From a virus (lineage: Duplodnaviria; Caudoviricetes), in the IMG/VR virus record IMGVR_UViG_3300048599_000150, positions 1-28,360 of that record: a stretch of DNA of 28,360 nucleotides; one strand, given 5' to 3'. The position numbers were made by a program, and so were the translations under genes. A model generated the notes under the pieces. The model searched no databases. It was not told the DNA's origin and saw only the letters and a program-made list of their open reading frames with translations. Below are positions 8,172 to 16,753 of the stretch, in pieces. Numbering within the stretch: the stretch's first letter is position 1; each line of letters starts with the position of its first letter.

Positions 8172-8531
8172 TCACATCTCCACAAGATTCACCTGCAGGC
8201 CGGACCATAGCATTTTCCCATTTTGTTCAAACAGCATAGGTGCCGGCCGGTTGCCTACGTAAAAGGTCTTTGTCACATAGGTACCGGCCATGGGGTCCGG
8301 GTAATAAAGATCAAAAAACACCCCGCTCATCAGGTTAAGGATCAAGGATATGGGGGACCATTCCAGCGGCCCCCAGGAGATATCTACCTTTCGTTTCACT
8401 GCTACACGGTCCCTGATCAGTGTGCCATCGGAGGCCCTGGTGGTCGCTTCGCTGTCGTCAAGGTCCAGGATCGTCACGGTAAACTCTTTGGGGTATGCTG
8501 GTAGCTCAGTTCCGTTTATTTTAATAAGCAT
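8172..8531 (-). CDS. Distal tail-like protein (DUF6711-like)
   Basis: MLIKING..LP..P...DLD...TRASDG.L.RDRVA.KRK...Y.DP......TFYVGNR; follows the tape measure gene. Confidence 0.8.
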   Translation of the reverse strand: MLIKINGTELPAYPKEFTVTILDLDDSEATTRASDGTLIRDRVAVKRKVDISWGPLEWSPISLILNLMSGVFFDLYYPDPMAGTYVTKTFYVGNRPAPMLFEQNGKMLWSGLQVNLVEM

Positions 8532-8540
8532 ATCGGCCTC

Positions 8541-11500
8541 CTAAAACGTCATCAGCGGTTGTCCCGTCTGCCTTTGATAATCCTTAATGGTCTTTACAAC
8601 AGCTCTTGCGAGCTCTGTCTCACCCAATTTCAGAATGATGGTTTGCTCCCCGGATGAACCTTGAGTTTTCATGGCAGATTCGACTGCCGACCTTACCGCG
8701 CCGGCGATTATATTCGTCAAATCACCCAATGGCGAGATTACTTCCCGCTGTGTCGGGTTGTCCCCAACAATCGCCATCATCGGATTATTAGCGTCTACAA
8801 TAGCGCCGCGGGCGAACTTCGGGATTTCTGGTATGTTGAACCCTATGCCCCCTATTTTGCCAATGCCGGGAATGTTGATTTCCGGTATTTTTATGCTATT
8901 AACCAGACGTATTATGGAGTTAAAAGCTTCGCGCGTAGGCTCTACTATCCACATTTTCAGCCCGTCACCCACCCCGGACCAGAAAGATTCCCATCCTTGC
9001 TTAAAGCGAGTAGCGAACTGTTGATAATCTTCGGAAAGCTTATCCAGCGAATCTCTCCAGGCTTTTTGCAGCACAAGGCCGCCAACTGTAAAGGCGGTTT
9101 TTACATCAGACCACATTTTTTCTGCAGATCCCTTGACTCTTCCGCTTGTCCAATCGATCCAACCTACATATTCGCCTGCTTGCTTCTGGGCTTCCGCTAT
9201 AACCATGCTGTGCATTTCCCTGGCCTTGGCTATTGCCTCATCGCGCTGCCGAGCGGCATCTTGAATGACTTTATCGGCCAATTTCTCGCTTTCTTCCCCG
9301 CCTTTAGCCCGCAACAACTCGGCGTATTTGACCCTTTCTTCATATTCGGCATTCGCGTTTTCAATGGCTTTCTCTTTTTGATCCAAGCTCGCCTTAACAA
9401 TGGCGGCCGCCTGTTCTGCTGATATTTTCTCCGCATTGGCTTTCATCTTTTCCAGGATTGAACGTTGTTCCTCTTTGCTTTCCGTGAAGGTAAGAACCGC
9501 GGAATCCCACATTTGCTTTTGTATTTTACCAATTTCTACGCTTTCATCGTATGTTATTGCTCGATTCTCGCTCGCAGCTTTCTTGTATATCTCGTCTATT
9601 TTCGCGACGCCTTCCTTCACAGCAGTAATTTTTTCATCATACGTTCCGGTCACGGTTTTCAAAATCTCCGCCTTCTCTTGTTCGGATAACGTAGTGGAGT
9701 TTTTCACCATCTCACCTATGACTTTCAAGCTTTCGTCCCTGTCCTGCTCTAATCTTGTAACAATTTGGCTGCCCATCTCGGCGAAATTCCCGGTGATAGT
9801 GTCCCTTATCTCCGCAGTGACTGTTTTTCCGCTCCATTGCAGCAATTTAAGATTTCTATCCGTCTCCTCATACAGCTCCTGAAAGCTTCCCATTGCTTCC
9901 TGAGTCGATTCCGACAAGCCGGAAAATAAATCGTCTGATTTAAAAGCGGGCTCTTTTAAGGTTTTTGCAAGATCGCTTACGGCTCCAACTCCGTGACGTA
10001 TTTGTGTGAACGCCGATCCCACGGGTCCGAATACCGTCGATACAAAACCATCCAGAGCCAAATTTTTCACAAAGGAAGGCATCCCGTTTACGGTCTCTTT
10101 TAACTTCTCAACCTTATCCCTGAAACTGTCCAGGCTTTTTTCTTTATCGGCCAGATCATCGAATTGGGTAATTGCAGTCGGCACCGATATATCTCCGACG
10201 CTACCGCCATTCACGCCAACAGCTTCCTGTAGCAGGTTGAGCTCATCGAATGCGGCTATTCCCTTTTTAGCGTTTTTCCCGGCCCTGGCCAGGCTTTCGC
10301 CGAGTTTGCTTTCGGCAATAGCCGCTTTGCTTGCACTCAGAGCCTGCGCGGTGTGTCTTTTTTGTATGCCGAAAAGTACTTCTGAGAATATCGCTACATA
10401 TTCCAGTGCGTCCGCCATCTTTGAGATAAGCGCATTGAGCGCGGGTAGTACCGTCTGCTGAATGGGCGCAAAGGCGCGACCCAAGTTCAACTGCAATCTG
10501 GTAAGCTCTGTATTATACACCCTCGTCTGTGCCGCAAGAGTGTCCATGTTGCTTTTTATGTAATTCTGCACGTTTTGAGTCTGCTGCATGATGGCCAGAT
10601 ATGCCGCGTACATTTTTTGCTGCTGGGATAGCTCCTGCCCTGTTTTTGCAAGACCGTTTGCATAGGCGGATACTTTTACGATGTTTTCGTTTAGTATGAC
10701 TCCGTACTTTTTTAGCCCTTCTCCGCTGCCCGACATGGCAGATTGTACTGCGGTGAAGGCTTCATCTGGAGAGGTGTTCCTGGCGGCTGCCAGGTTATAA
10801 GCGAGCTCGGTAAGTCCAGTGCTTAATTGGTATGCCGATTTTTCGGTAAAACCCATTTGGGTTGCCATCTGATACAGGAGAGAGACATCTTCGCGTAGCA
10901 TCCGGGCATTCAATCCGAGAATGTTTTCAAGATGATTCGACCAGGCCGTCAATTCGTCGGACATCGCCCCGGTTACATTCAAAAACGCTCTTTGGGCATT
11001 CTCGGCATCAGAATATGCCTTGACTGCTTCTTTTATAGCAGCCACGGCCTTTTTCACAGCTTGAATGAGCAATTCAACCCCTTTTGTCGCCAGGCCAACA
11101 AGGGTAAATTTACTCAATAATCCGTCAAAAGCTTTATTTAATTGACCGCCAAATGCAGAGGACTCTTGCATGGATTTTCCGACATTCTTTATTGCATCCT
11201 GCGTCTGCTTTCCCTTCGATACCAGGGGCCCCATCTGTGATTCAAGCTTTTCAATCTCCTTGCCCAATTTCGCGAAGCCGGCGTCAGATTCAACCAGCTT
11301 CGATAGTCCCCCTTCGTTGTTCATTCCGCTGAATGCCGGGAGGTCTCTATACTTATAGATGATTTCGTCCTGCTTTGCATATAGTTCGGCAATTTTGTTC
11401 TGTTTCTCGGCGACCTGCGCCTGTATTTTTTCAAAGCTTTTATTCAACGAATCCAGATGCTTCTGCATTTTAGCCACATTCCCGCCGAATTTGCTGCTCA

Positions 11501-11612
11501 TCCGCTCCGAACTGTCAGTAAGCTTGTCAGTGGCCTGTGCCGCCTGCTTGAACTTCGATTCAACGTCCCCTATACTCGCCTTTACGATGATTTCCAATTC
11601 TTCTATGGTCAT
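8541..11612 (-). CDS. Tail tape measure protein
   Basis: 1023 aa, Ala/Lys/Glu-rich and helical; IPKFARG...VG(D)NP..REVISPL C-terminus; follows the tail chaperones. Confidence 0.93.
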   Translation of the reverse strand: MTIEELEIIVKASIGDVESKFKQAAQATDKLTDSSERMSSKFGGNVAKMQKHLDSLNKSFEKIQAQVAEKQNKIAELYAKQDEIIYKYRDLPAFSGMNNEGGLSKLVESDAGFAKLGKEIEKLESQMGPLVSKGKQTQDAIKNVGKSMQESSAFGGQLNKAFDGLLSKFTLVGLATKGVELLIQAVKKAVAAIKEAVKAYSDAENAQRAFLNVTGAMSDELTAWSNHLENILGLNARMLREDVSLLYQMATQMGFTEKSAYQLSTGLTELAYNLAAARNTSPDEAFTAVQSAMSGSGEGLKKYGVILNENIVKVSAYANGLAKTGQELSQQQKMYAAYLAIMQQTQNVQNYIKSNMDTLAAQTRVYNTELTRLQLNLGRAFAPIQQTVLPALNALISKMADALEYVAIFSEVLFGIQKRHTAQALSASKAAIAESKLGESLARAGKNAKKGIAAFDELNLLQEAVGVNGGSVGDISVPTAITQFDDLADKEKSLDSFRDKVEKLKETVNGMPSFVKNLALDGFVSTVFGPVGSAFTQIRHGVGAVSDLAKTLKEPAFKSDDLFSGLSESTQEAMGSFQELYEETDRNLKLLQWSGKTVTAEIRDTITGNFAEMGSQIVTRLEQDRDESLKVIGEMVKNSTTLSEQEKAEILKTVTGTYDEKITAVKEGVAKIDEIYKKAASENRAITYDESVEIGKIQKQMWDSAVLTFTESKEEQRSILEKMKANAEKISAEQAAAIVKASLDQKEKAIENANAEYEERVKYAELLRAKGGEESEKLADKVIQDAARQRDEAIAKAREMHSMVIAEAQKQAGEYVGWIDWTSGRVKGSAEKMWSDVKTAFTVGGLVLQKAWRDSLDKLSEDYQQFATRFKQGWESFWSGVGDGLKMWIVEPTREAFNSIIRLVNSIKIPEINIPGIGKIGGIGFNIPEIPKFARGAIVDANNPMMAIVGDNPTQREVISPLGDLTNIIAGAVRSAVESAMKTQGSSGEQTIILKLGETELARAVVKTIKDYQRQTGQPLMTF

Positions 11613-11947
11613 TTGGTCTCACCTCGTTTCTGCTTTCGTCTGTGTGTCGCGTAGGCTTCTGTTCTTTCTTTCGTAATCTGCCAATGCTGTTGTATGGGCT
11701 CTGTCGTCTCTTTTTCAAATAACGAAGGGAAAGCATCGTAAATCTTGGGCATTTCCGTTCCCCTTTTGAATAATCTACTTACGCTTGTTCCGATCAAATC
11801 AGCCTGTTTGTATACTAATAGAGCCTGCCATTGCATTTCCGATCTCATTTTTTCACTGGATGCTTTTATCTCCGCATAAATTTCTGCAAGGGTCAAATCC
11901 CAAAAAACAAGAGGTGACACCCCCGCCCGTATGGCGATCGAATACAC
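11609..11947 (-). CDS. Tail assembly chaperone, frameshifted C-terminal part (gpT equivalent)
   Basis: GVSP..FWDLTLAEI motif. The frame stays open upstream to the slippery site at 12022-12028. Confidence 0.8.
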   Translation of the reverse strand: MYSIAIRAGVSPLVFWDLTLAEIYAEIKASSEKMRSEMQWQALLVYKQADLIGTSVSRLFKRGTEMPKIYDAFPSLFEKETTEPIQQHWQITKERTEAYATHRRKQKRGETK

Positions 11948-11994
11948 CTCATTGATAATTTCCGTTTCCGTTTTGGGATTTACCTTGGATTTCT

Positions 11995-12330
11995 TTATTC
12001 CTTTTTCCCTTGCGCCTTCTTGAAAAAACCGGATACCACATATATTTCATTAATCAAGCTTGCGAACTCATCCAATGTATATCCGTTATCGACAAGCTTG
12101 TCGTAGATTTCTTCCGCTGCTTCCAGGGTGATATTGTGCTCAAGGGCCTGGGACGCTCCCCATAAAACGGTAGTAATGACTTTCACGGGGTCTCTTCCCA
12201 TCTGTGCAAGGGCTTCGAGAATTCCAACACCCAGTTTCTTCTGTACTTCCTGCGCCGTATGCGCCGTAAGCCTAAGCCTCAGTTCCGTGGCTTCGTCAAC
12301 TTTCAATGTATAATACTTCACATCCATCAT
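11995..12330 (-). CDS. Tail assembly chaperone (gpG equivalent)
   Basis: Position between tail tube and TMP. Ends ...VVSGFFKK with GGT TTT TTC slippery sequence. Confidence 0.82.
   Translation of the reverse strand: MMDVKYYTLKVDEATELRLRLTAHTAQEVQKKLGVGILEALAQMGRDPVKVITTVLWGASQALEHNITLEAAEEIYDKLVDNGYTLDEFASLINEIYVVSGFFKKAQGKKE
12022..12028 (-). other. -1 programmed ribosomal frameshift heptamer T TTT TTC
   Basis: A -1 shift reads ...QEGAREKGIKKSKVNPKTETEIINEVYSIAIRAG, in frame with 11609-11947 and with no stop. Confidence 0.85.
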
Positions 12331-12349
12331 CCTTTCTGTTTTTGAACAT

Positions 12350-12376
12350 AAAAAAGCACCCTCGATTGAGAGTGCT
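12350..12376 (-). terminator. Intrinsic terminator after the membrane-protein moron
   Basis: AGCACTCTC-AATC-GAGGGTGCT-TTTTT; similar to 18722-18747. Confidence 0.7.
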
Positions 12377-12396
12377 GTGTACTCAGCGTCCTTTAT

Positions 12397-12822
12397 TTAT
12401 GATCTTTTCCCTTTGCCTATTGTCAGCAGGATGTTTACTATACCAAATGCCCCCAGCAATAATAAGTTCAGGCCGTACGGCAAAATCACCCAATTATTCT
12501 GACTATACAATTCCGCGTGTACCGACTGATCGTTAACGCTCGCATTTAGCATTGCTACCAACAATACAAGTGGAGCTACAATTGTAAAAATGCTTACCAC
12601 TCTGCTTGCTGTTATCTTTTTTTTAATCGACGTAATAAATATCATTATGCCTAATGCTAAGTCAGCCATACCACATATTATTAATGTGGTTCCTGAAGCC
12701 AATAGAGCAGGCATGTTTCCTCCAATAGCAAGTAACCCGATAGCAAATATCAGCAAAAACACAAATGAAATTATTCCGCCTACCTTCAAAGTATACCCCT
12801 CCCCTTGTGCCACAATATTCAT
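12397..12822 (-). CDS. Four-TM membrane protein moron (likely start TTG 12789)
   Basis: AT-rich gene with four hydrophobic segments, inserted between tail tube and chaperone, with its own promoter and terminator. RBS GGGGAGGGG lies 6 nt before TTG 12789. Confidence 0.78.
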   Translation of the reverse strand: MNIVAQGEGYTLKVGGIISFVFLLIFAIGLLAIGGNMPALLASGTTLIICGMADLALGIMIFITSIKKKITASRVVSIFTIVAPLVLLVAMLNASVNDQSVHAELYSQNNWVILPYGLNLLLLGAFGIVNILLTIGKGKRS

Positions 12823-12828
12823 GTTTCC

Positions 12829-12857
12829 ATAATATCACAGCACAAGGGGCTTTTCAA
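12829..12857 (-). promoter_or_regulatory. Sigma-A promoter of the membrane moron
   Basis: TTGAAA-17 nt-TATTAT with extended -10 TG. Confidence 0.72.
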
Positions 12858-12865
12858 ATGATATC

Positions 12866-13285
12866 CTATACCGGGTTCGTTGTCACGATATCGGTCTGCA
12901 AAAACATCGTTGCAGTGAACGCTATCGGCGTATTGGTTCCGCCTCCGTCAATCTTAACGCCGACATAGGCGTCGAATTGATGCCCTGTGCCGTCCGGATA
13001 CTCCAGTTTGAACGTGGCGACCTTTTTATCATCCTGCAACTTTTTCAGCACCCTGTAATTGCTTGTAGCGCTGCTGTTGTCGTATAGGAATTTGAACGCC
13101 AGATCACCTAGATCACTAATCCCGGGAATGTACTTTTTGTTCTTGTCCTGGAGCGTGGTCACTTCGATTTTTTCAGGATCGCCCCCCAACTCCGGTACTT
13201 CCATCATCAGGTCTATCTCTACAAAATCCGCCATAGCGCCCTCTTTATAGGACATAACCGTTTCGTTAAAGCTTACACCTGCCAT
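12866..13285 (-). CDS. Major tail tube protein
   Basis: VPELGGDPEKIEVTTL....KYIPGI.D.G.L.F.F.YD...FKLEYPDG..F motifs. Confidence 0.9.
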   Translation of the reverse strand: MAGVSFNETVMSYKEGAMADFVEIDLMMEVPELGGDPEKIEVTTLQDKNKKYIPGISDLGDLAFKFLYDNSSATSNYRVLKKLQDDKKVATFKLEYPDGTGHQFDAYVGVKIDGGGTNTPIAFTATMFLQTDIVTTNPV

Positions 13286-13301
13286 GCCATTTCACTCTCC
13301 T

Positions 13302-13652
13302 TTACTGATATACTTTCAGGTCTCTTTCGTCCACAATGCCCCTGAAACGCATTGTCTTGTGTTTTACTGCCGGATCAGGGATATCTGCCGCAAATTCCCG
13401 CCTGAATCCGATCTCCGCCATTTTCTCGTCAACCCGCCGGGCGATCTCACCCGTGGATTTACTGTGCCAGATGTCGATCTGTATGACGATCTCGGACAGC
13501 AGGCCTTTTTTCAGATAATCGCTGTTGTCCTGTTCGTAAAAGGTGATCTGCGGCAGGTTCTTCCAATCAGACGGATAGGCATCCGATACCTTTTTGATGC
13601 CGGGTATGGCCTCCAGCAGCGTCTTTATTTGTGGCTTTACATCATACATCAC
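13302..13652 (-). CDS. Tail terminator / tail completion protein
   Basis: Position, plus ITFYE.DN...IQIDIW...VDE.M..IGF.R...H.TMRF.G motifs. Confidence 0.8.
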   Translation of the reverse strand: MMYDVKPQIKTLLEAIPGIKKVSDAYPSDWKNLPQITFYEQDNSDYLKKGLLSEIVIQIDIWHSKSTGEIARRVDEKMAEIGFRREFAADIPDPAVKHKTMRFRGIVDERDLKVYQ

Positions 13653-14182
13653 TTCACCAGCTTTTCTATCGCGTTTTTCATGTGATCAGCGACGATCTTT
13701 TTCACATTTTCCTTGTTCTGCTTCAGGGCAGGGTAGAGATAGGGCTGTGCCGGCTGGCCTTCGGTCCGGTAAAAAACGCCTTGGGGCGTCTCGATCCGGA
13801 AGAAGTGGTACTTCTCGGCGGTCTTCGCGTCGATCTGGCTCTCATGAATCCACCAGCCATCGGCCCGGTATTGTATCCTGGAAGCGATCTCCGGCGGGAG
13901 GTCCTTGGGTGACATCCTGCCGACAGGGCCGGTACCGAACTCGACATAGGCGGCATGGTCGTTATTGGTATATATTCTCCCGATCACGGCTTCCGCCTGT
14001 TCTTCCACGCTGGTATAGATGCTGTTTCTTAGTTGCCCGGTATCCCCCGGGCACAATTCCTTCGCGTCGCCCTGAATTTTTTTCGCGGCCTGCCCGATAC
14101 CAACAGACAAGACCTGTTTGCAGTCCCCACCCAGCGCATTCAGCTTTTTCACAAGGCTGTCCATACCTTTTATCGTCGCCAT
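13649..14182 (-). CDS. HK97 gp10-family neck/tail component
   Basis: IKG.D.L.KKL...AK.LCP.DTG.LRNSI...HAAYVEFGTG...GQPAQPYLYPA motifs. Confidence 0.9.
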   Translation of the reverse strand: MATIKGMDSLVKKLNALGGDCKQVLSVGIGQAAKKIQGDAKELCPGDTGQLRNSIYTSVEEQAEAVIGRIYTNNDHAAYVEFGTGPVGRMSPKDLPPEIASRIQYRADGWWIHESQIDAKTAEKYHFFRIETPQGVFYRTEGQPAQPYLYPALKQNKENVKKIVADHMKNAIEKLVK

Positions 14183-14184
14183 GA

Positions 14185-14508
14185 CTATGTCCTTTCCAGG
14201 TCATAGACCTTCACGTCCCACGGGTGTACGGCGACGACTTTGTAATCCGGCTTCTCTGTATCGGGCACATCCACGCAGATTCCGTCGCCTTCCTTGATGC
14301 CGGCGTCGCCCTCATAGCGCATGGTTTTCATGTAGGCCAGCCTCTGGCCGTACATCTCCGCCATTAGCTTCCCGCCTGCTGGCTGGAGGCTTGCCTTGAT
14401 TTCCGTACTGGTATCCGCGTAATCCTCGTAGCTGGTCCCGTCGTCATCCTCACCCGGCAGGCGCTTCTTCAGGTACATTGTTTTCAGATCCCTTTGTCTC
14501 AACCGCAT
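14185..14508 (-). CDS. Head closure / head-tail adaptor
   Basis: Position, plus A..QPAGGKL.AEMYG.RL.Y...EGDGICVDV...PDYKV motifs. Confidence 0.8.
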   Translation of the reverse strand: MRLRQRDLKTMYLKKRLPGEDDDGTSYEDYADTSTEIKASLQPAGGKLMAEMYGQRLAYMKTMRYEGDAGIKEGDGICVDVPDTEKPDYKVVAVHPWDVKVYDLERT

Positions 14509-14512
14509 ACCA

Positions 14513-14821
14513 TCACCTCGGCAATCTCCGGCGGCTCCGGATTTTCTTCAGTATGCTGTCCGGGATATCGTCAAAAGTTCTGCTGATGCCACCCTCACTG
14601 TGGGCCGTCTGGCCCTCTATGCCCTGCTTGTTGTAATAGATGATCGCCAGGTCAACCTGCATTGGCAGCAAGGCGGCAGGGACCTCTGGGAGATGGGATA
14701 ACTCCAGGATATCCTTCTCCGCGTCCTCCAGGTATAGGTTCAGCAGGTCGTCCTTGCTGGTGTCAGTCAAGGACATTCCCAGTTTTGTCTTTACCTTTTC
14801 CAGTTGGGTCACCTTCACCAC
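14513..14821 (-). CDS. Head-tail connector (gp6/gp15-like)
   Basis: LEKVK..LG.....DDLL..YL.DA...LAI..YN..G.EG...HSEGGISR motifs. Confidence 0.9.
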   Translation of the reverse strand: MVKVTQLEKVKTKLGMSLTDTSKDDLLNLYLEDAEKDILELSHLPEVPAALLPMQVDLAIIYYNKQGIEGQTAHSEGGISRTFDDIPDSILKKIRSRRRLPR

Positions 14822-14984
14822 CTTCTTTCGGCCCTTGTTCAGCCTGTTTTGCGGCCTTTTTCTTCTCGGGCGCTTTAGCCTTTTGTATGTGTTCTCCGGC
14901 CTCTGCCGGAGCCTTCCCTTTGAGGCGGGCCCGGCGCCGGCGTTGAAAACCGGTTATATCGACCACATTCATCCCTCCTTCCAA
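14763..14984 (-). CDS. Small basic hypothetical protein after the capsid gene
   Basis: GGAGG RBS suggests a start near 14966-14972. Starts with the TGFQRRRR motif often seen after such capsid genes. Confidence 0.55.
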   Translation of the reverse strand: MEGGMNVVDITGFQRRRRARLKGKAPAEAGEHIQKAKAPEKKKAAKQAEQGPKEGGEGDPTGKGKDKTGNVLD

Positions 14985-15007
14985 AAGCGGAAGGGGCCGA
15001 AAGGCCC

Positions 15008-15964
15008 CTATGCCAGCTTATAGACAAATTTTACGATCCTTACAGCCTTATTCTCGTATACCCTGGTCCAGTTGGCCGCCGTCTCGCACTCCGCGTTGGT
15101 GGGTGTCGGGCCAGCAACGGAAACTGCGGTGAACTTCACGCCCCTGGGATGCAGGACAAATGACTGCCGGTTAACCAGAATATCGTCGCCTCCCAGAATG
15201 TCCCTGCCGGTTTCCGTGGGATTCTTCGCCATGCCGTTGCCCAGACCTATAGCGCCAGGTCCGAAGAGGTACGACGTATATACGCCGGCCGCTACCGGAT
15301 GAGCGTCGTCCACGATAACGCGCCTGCCCATATAGGTGGGAATCTGTACCTTGGCTTCTGCATCGGGGATGAACTCGATCAGATTTTGCTTCTGTAGTGT
15401 GGTAAATGCCGCCGAATGCATGGACACAGCAGTCAGCGCGTCGGAAGCATCCCCCAGCTTTTGCTTTGCGTCCAGGAAGGCCTCACCGGATATTACGGCC
15501 ACAGTTCCAGAACCACCAGAGATGTCATGTATGTTTCCGCTCATGCTGGGGGCAGCAAACACTCCCTTCAGCATACTGAATAAAAGCTTCTGCCTCTTCC
15601 TTGCCCAATATGTGGCAACCAGGTCACCGATGGCCGCCATAGGGTCGGAACCAGCCATGATCTCCGCCAGGTCGTTCACGCTCCAGGCCTTGCCGCGGAG
15701 GAATAATGCCGCCACGTCCTGCCCTGCCGTGATCTTCTCCGGCGTCAGCGCGTCGTCATCGGACAACACTTCATCATCGCCGCTGAGGTCGTTCCAGTAG
15801 GGCATATTAATGAGCTTTCCGCCTCCCAGGGCGAGCGCGTCCAGCTCGGGGCTGCTTGAGATAATGCCGCTCTGCGCCAGAGCCGACAATTCCATGGAAC
15901 GCCGAATGACGTAGGGGTTAAATACTTCAGGGACTATAACGTCCGCAATTTGTGTTTTTGCCAT
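15008..15964 (-). CDS. Major capsid protein
   Basis: T.IADVIVPEVFNPYV...GG..INMPYWNDL.G...RGKAW...DPM.AIG..VA.YW...HPRG motifs. Confidence 0.93.
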   Translation of the reverse strand: MAKTQIADVIVPEVFNPYVIRRSMELSALAQSGIISSSPELDALALGGGKLINMPYWNDLSGDDEVLSDDDALTPEKITAGQDVAALFLRGKAWSVNDLAEIMAGSDPMAAIGDLVATYWARKRQKLLFSMLKGVFAAPSMSGNIHDISGGSGTVAVISGEAFLDAKQKLGDASDALTAVSMHSAAFTTLQKQNLIEFIPDAEAKVQIPTYMGRRVIVDDAHPVAAGVYTSYLFGPGAIGLGNGMAKNPTETGRDILGGDDILVNRQSFVLHPRGVKFTAVSVAGPTPTNAECETAANWTRVYENKAVRIVKFVYKLA

Positions 15965-15987
15965 GTTCTTACACTCTCCTTATAAAA

Positions 15988-16650
15988 TTATTTTGCTGCA
16001 GCCATGAGCTGCTTTGCGAGCTCGGGGTCTTCCCGGAGGATTTTCCCCTGCTCTGTCAGGTTGAAGGTTTCTTTCTTCCATGGGTTTTTACCGCCGGGCT
16101 CAGAGGTTCCTGTTTTATTCGGGTCCTTACCCTTAACGGCTGTGTCAAAGAGATAGGCGTCGGACTTTTTCAGTTCATCCAACTGTTCCTTCAAGCCGGT
16201 AAATGTCTCACCGTCCAGCTTGACAGCATCGAGCTTCAGAAGAGCACGGACCGCTTTTGCATTCTTGGCGTTGGCAGCTTTCAGGGCTGTATCCAGAGCG
16301 TGATCGAACTGCATCTGCTTGATTTTGGCCTCATAGTCCTCGGCCGTCTTCTTGTTGGACTCCTGAAGGTCCGCAATCTGCTTTGTCAGTTCCTCATTCC
16401 CCTTTGCCTTCTCGGCCAGGCCTTTGAGCTGCTTGTCCCGTTCCTTCAGGCTCTCCTCGGCCTGCTTTTTCGCTTCGTTGACTTCATTGAAGCGCTCTAT
16501 CGGGACAAACTTATCCTTCAAGGCAGCTTGATACGCTTCCAATACCTTCTTAGCAACTTCCTCCGTCAATCCCAGGGCAACCAATTGTTCCAGTGTCATT
16601 ATGTTCATCCATCCTTTCAAATTACGCTTTTTTACGTGGGTATCGGCCAC
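15988..16650 (-). CDS. Scaffold protein (Phage GP20 family); true start likely 16599 or 16608
   Basis: L..LGLTEE...FVP..RFNEVN...AKNAKAVRALL...L.EQL..LK.SD.YLF...KNPWKKETFNLTEQG motifs. Confidence 0.9.
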   Translation of the reverse strand: MADTHVKKRNLKGWMNIMTLEQLVALGLTEEVAKKVLEAYQAALKDKFVPIERFNEVNEAKKQAEESLKERDKQLKGLAEKAKGNEELTKQIADLQESNKKTAEDYEAKIKQMQFDHALDTALKAANAKNAKAVRALLKLDAVKLDGETFTGLKEQLDELKKSDAYLFDTAVKGKDPNKTGTSEPGGKNPWKKETFNLTEQGKILREDPELAKQLMAAAK

Positions 16651-16694
16651 GGAATTCGTCCTGTTCTTTTACGCCGGCAGTACCGAAACGGCGA
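16624..16694 (-). ncRNA. Candidate cis-regulatory RNA in the scaffold leader (GP20-motif-like)
   Basis: Two tandem hairpins, each closed by CG and followed by TAAAA: CGCCG..CGGCG-TAAAA and CGTGG..CCACG-TAAAAAA, just upstream of the RBS. Confidence 0.5.
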
Positions 16695-16695
16695 A

Positions 16696-16724
16696 ATAAA
16701 AAGGACCTGGTTTCCCGAGCCCTT
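16696..16724 (-). terminator. Intrinsic terminator, 28/29 nt identical to 2436-2464
   Basis: AAGGGCTCGG-GAAA-CCAGGTCCTT-TTTAT. Confidence 0.65.
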
Positions 16725-16753
16725 TTGCTTCGTAAATTATCCCATATGCGAAC

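Noticed and set aside
6982-8262. 426-aa plus-strand ORF
   Set aside because: Antisense shadow of the tail hub gene; no recognisable motifs.
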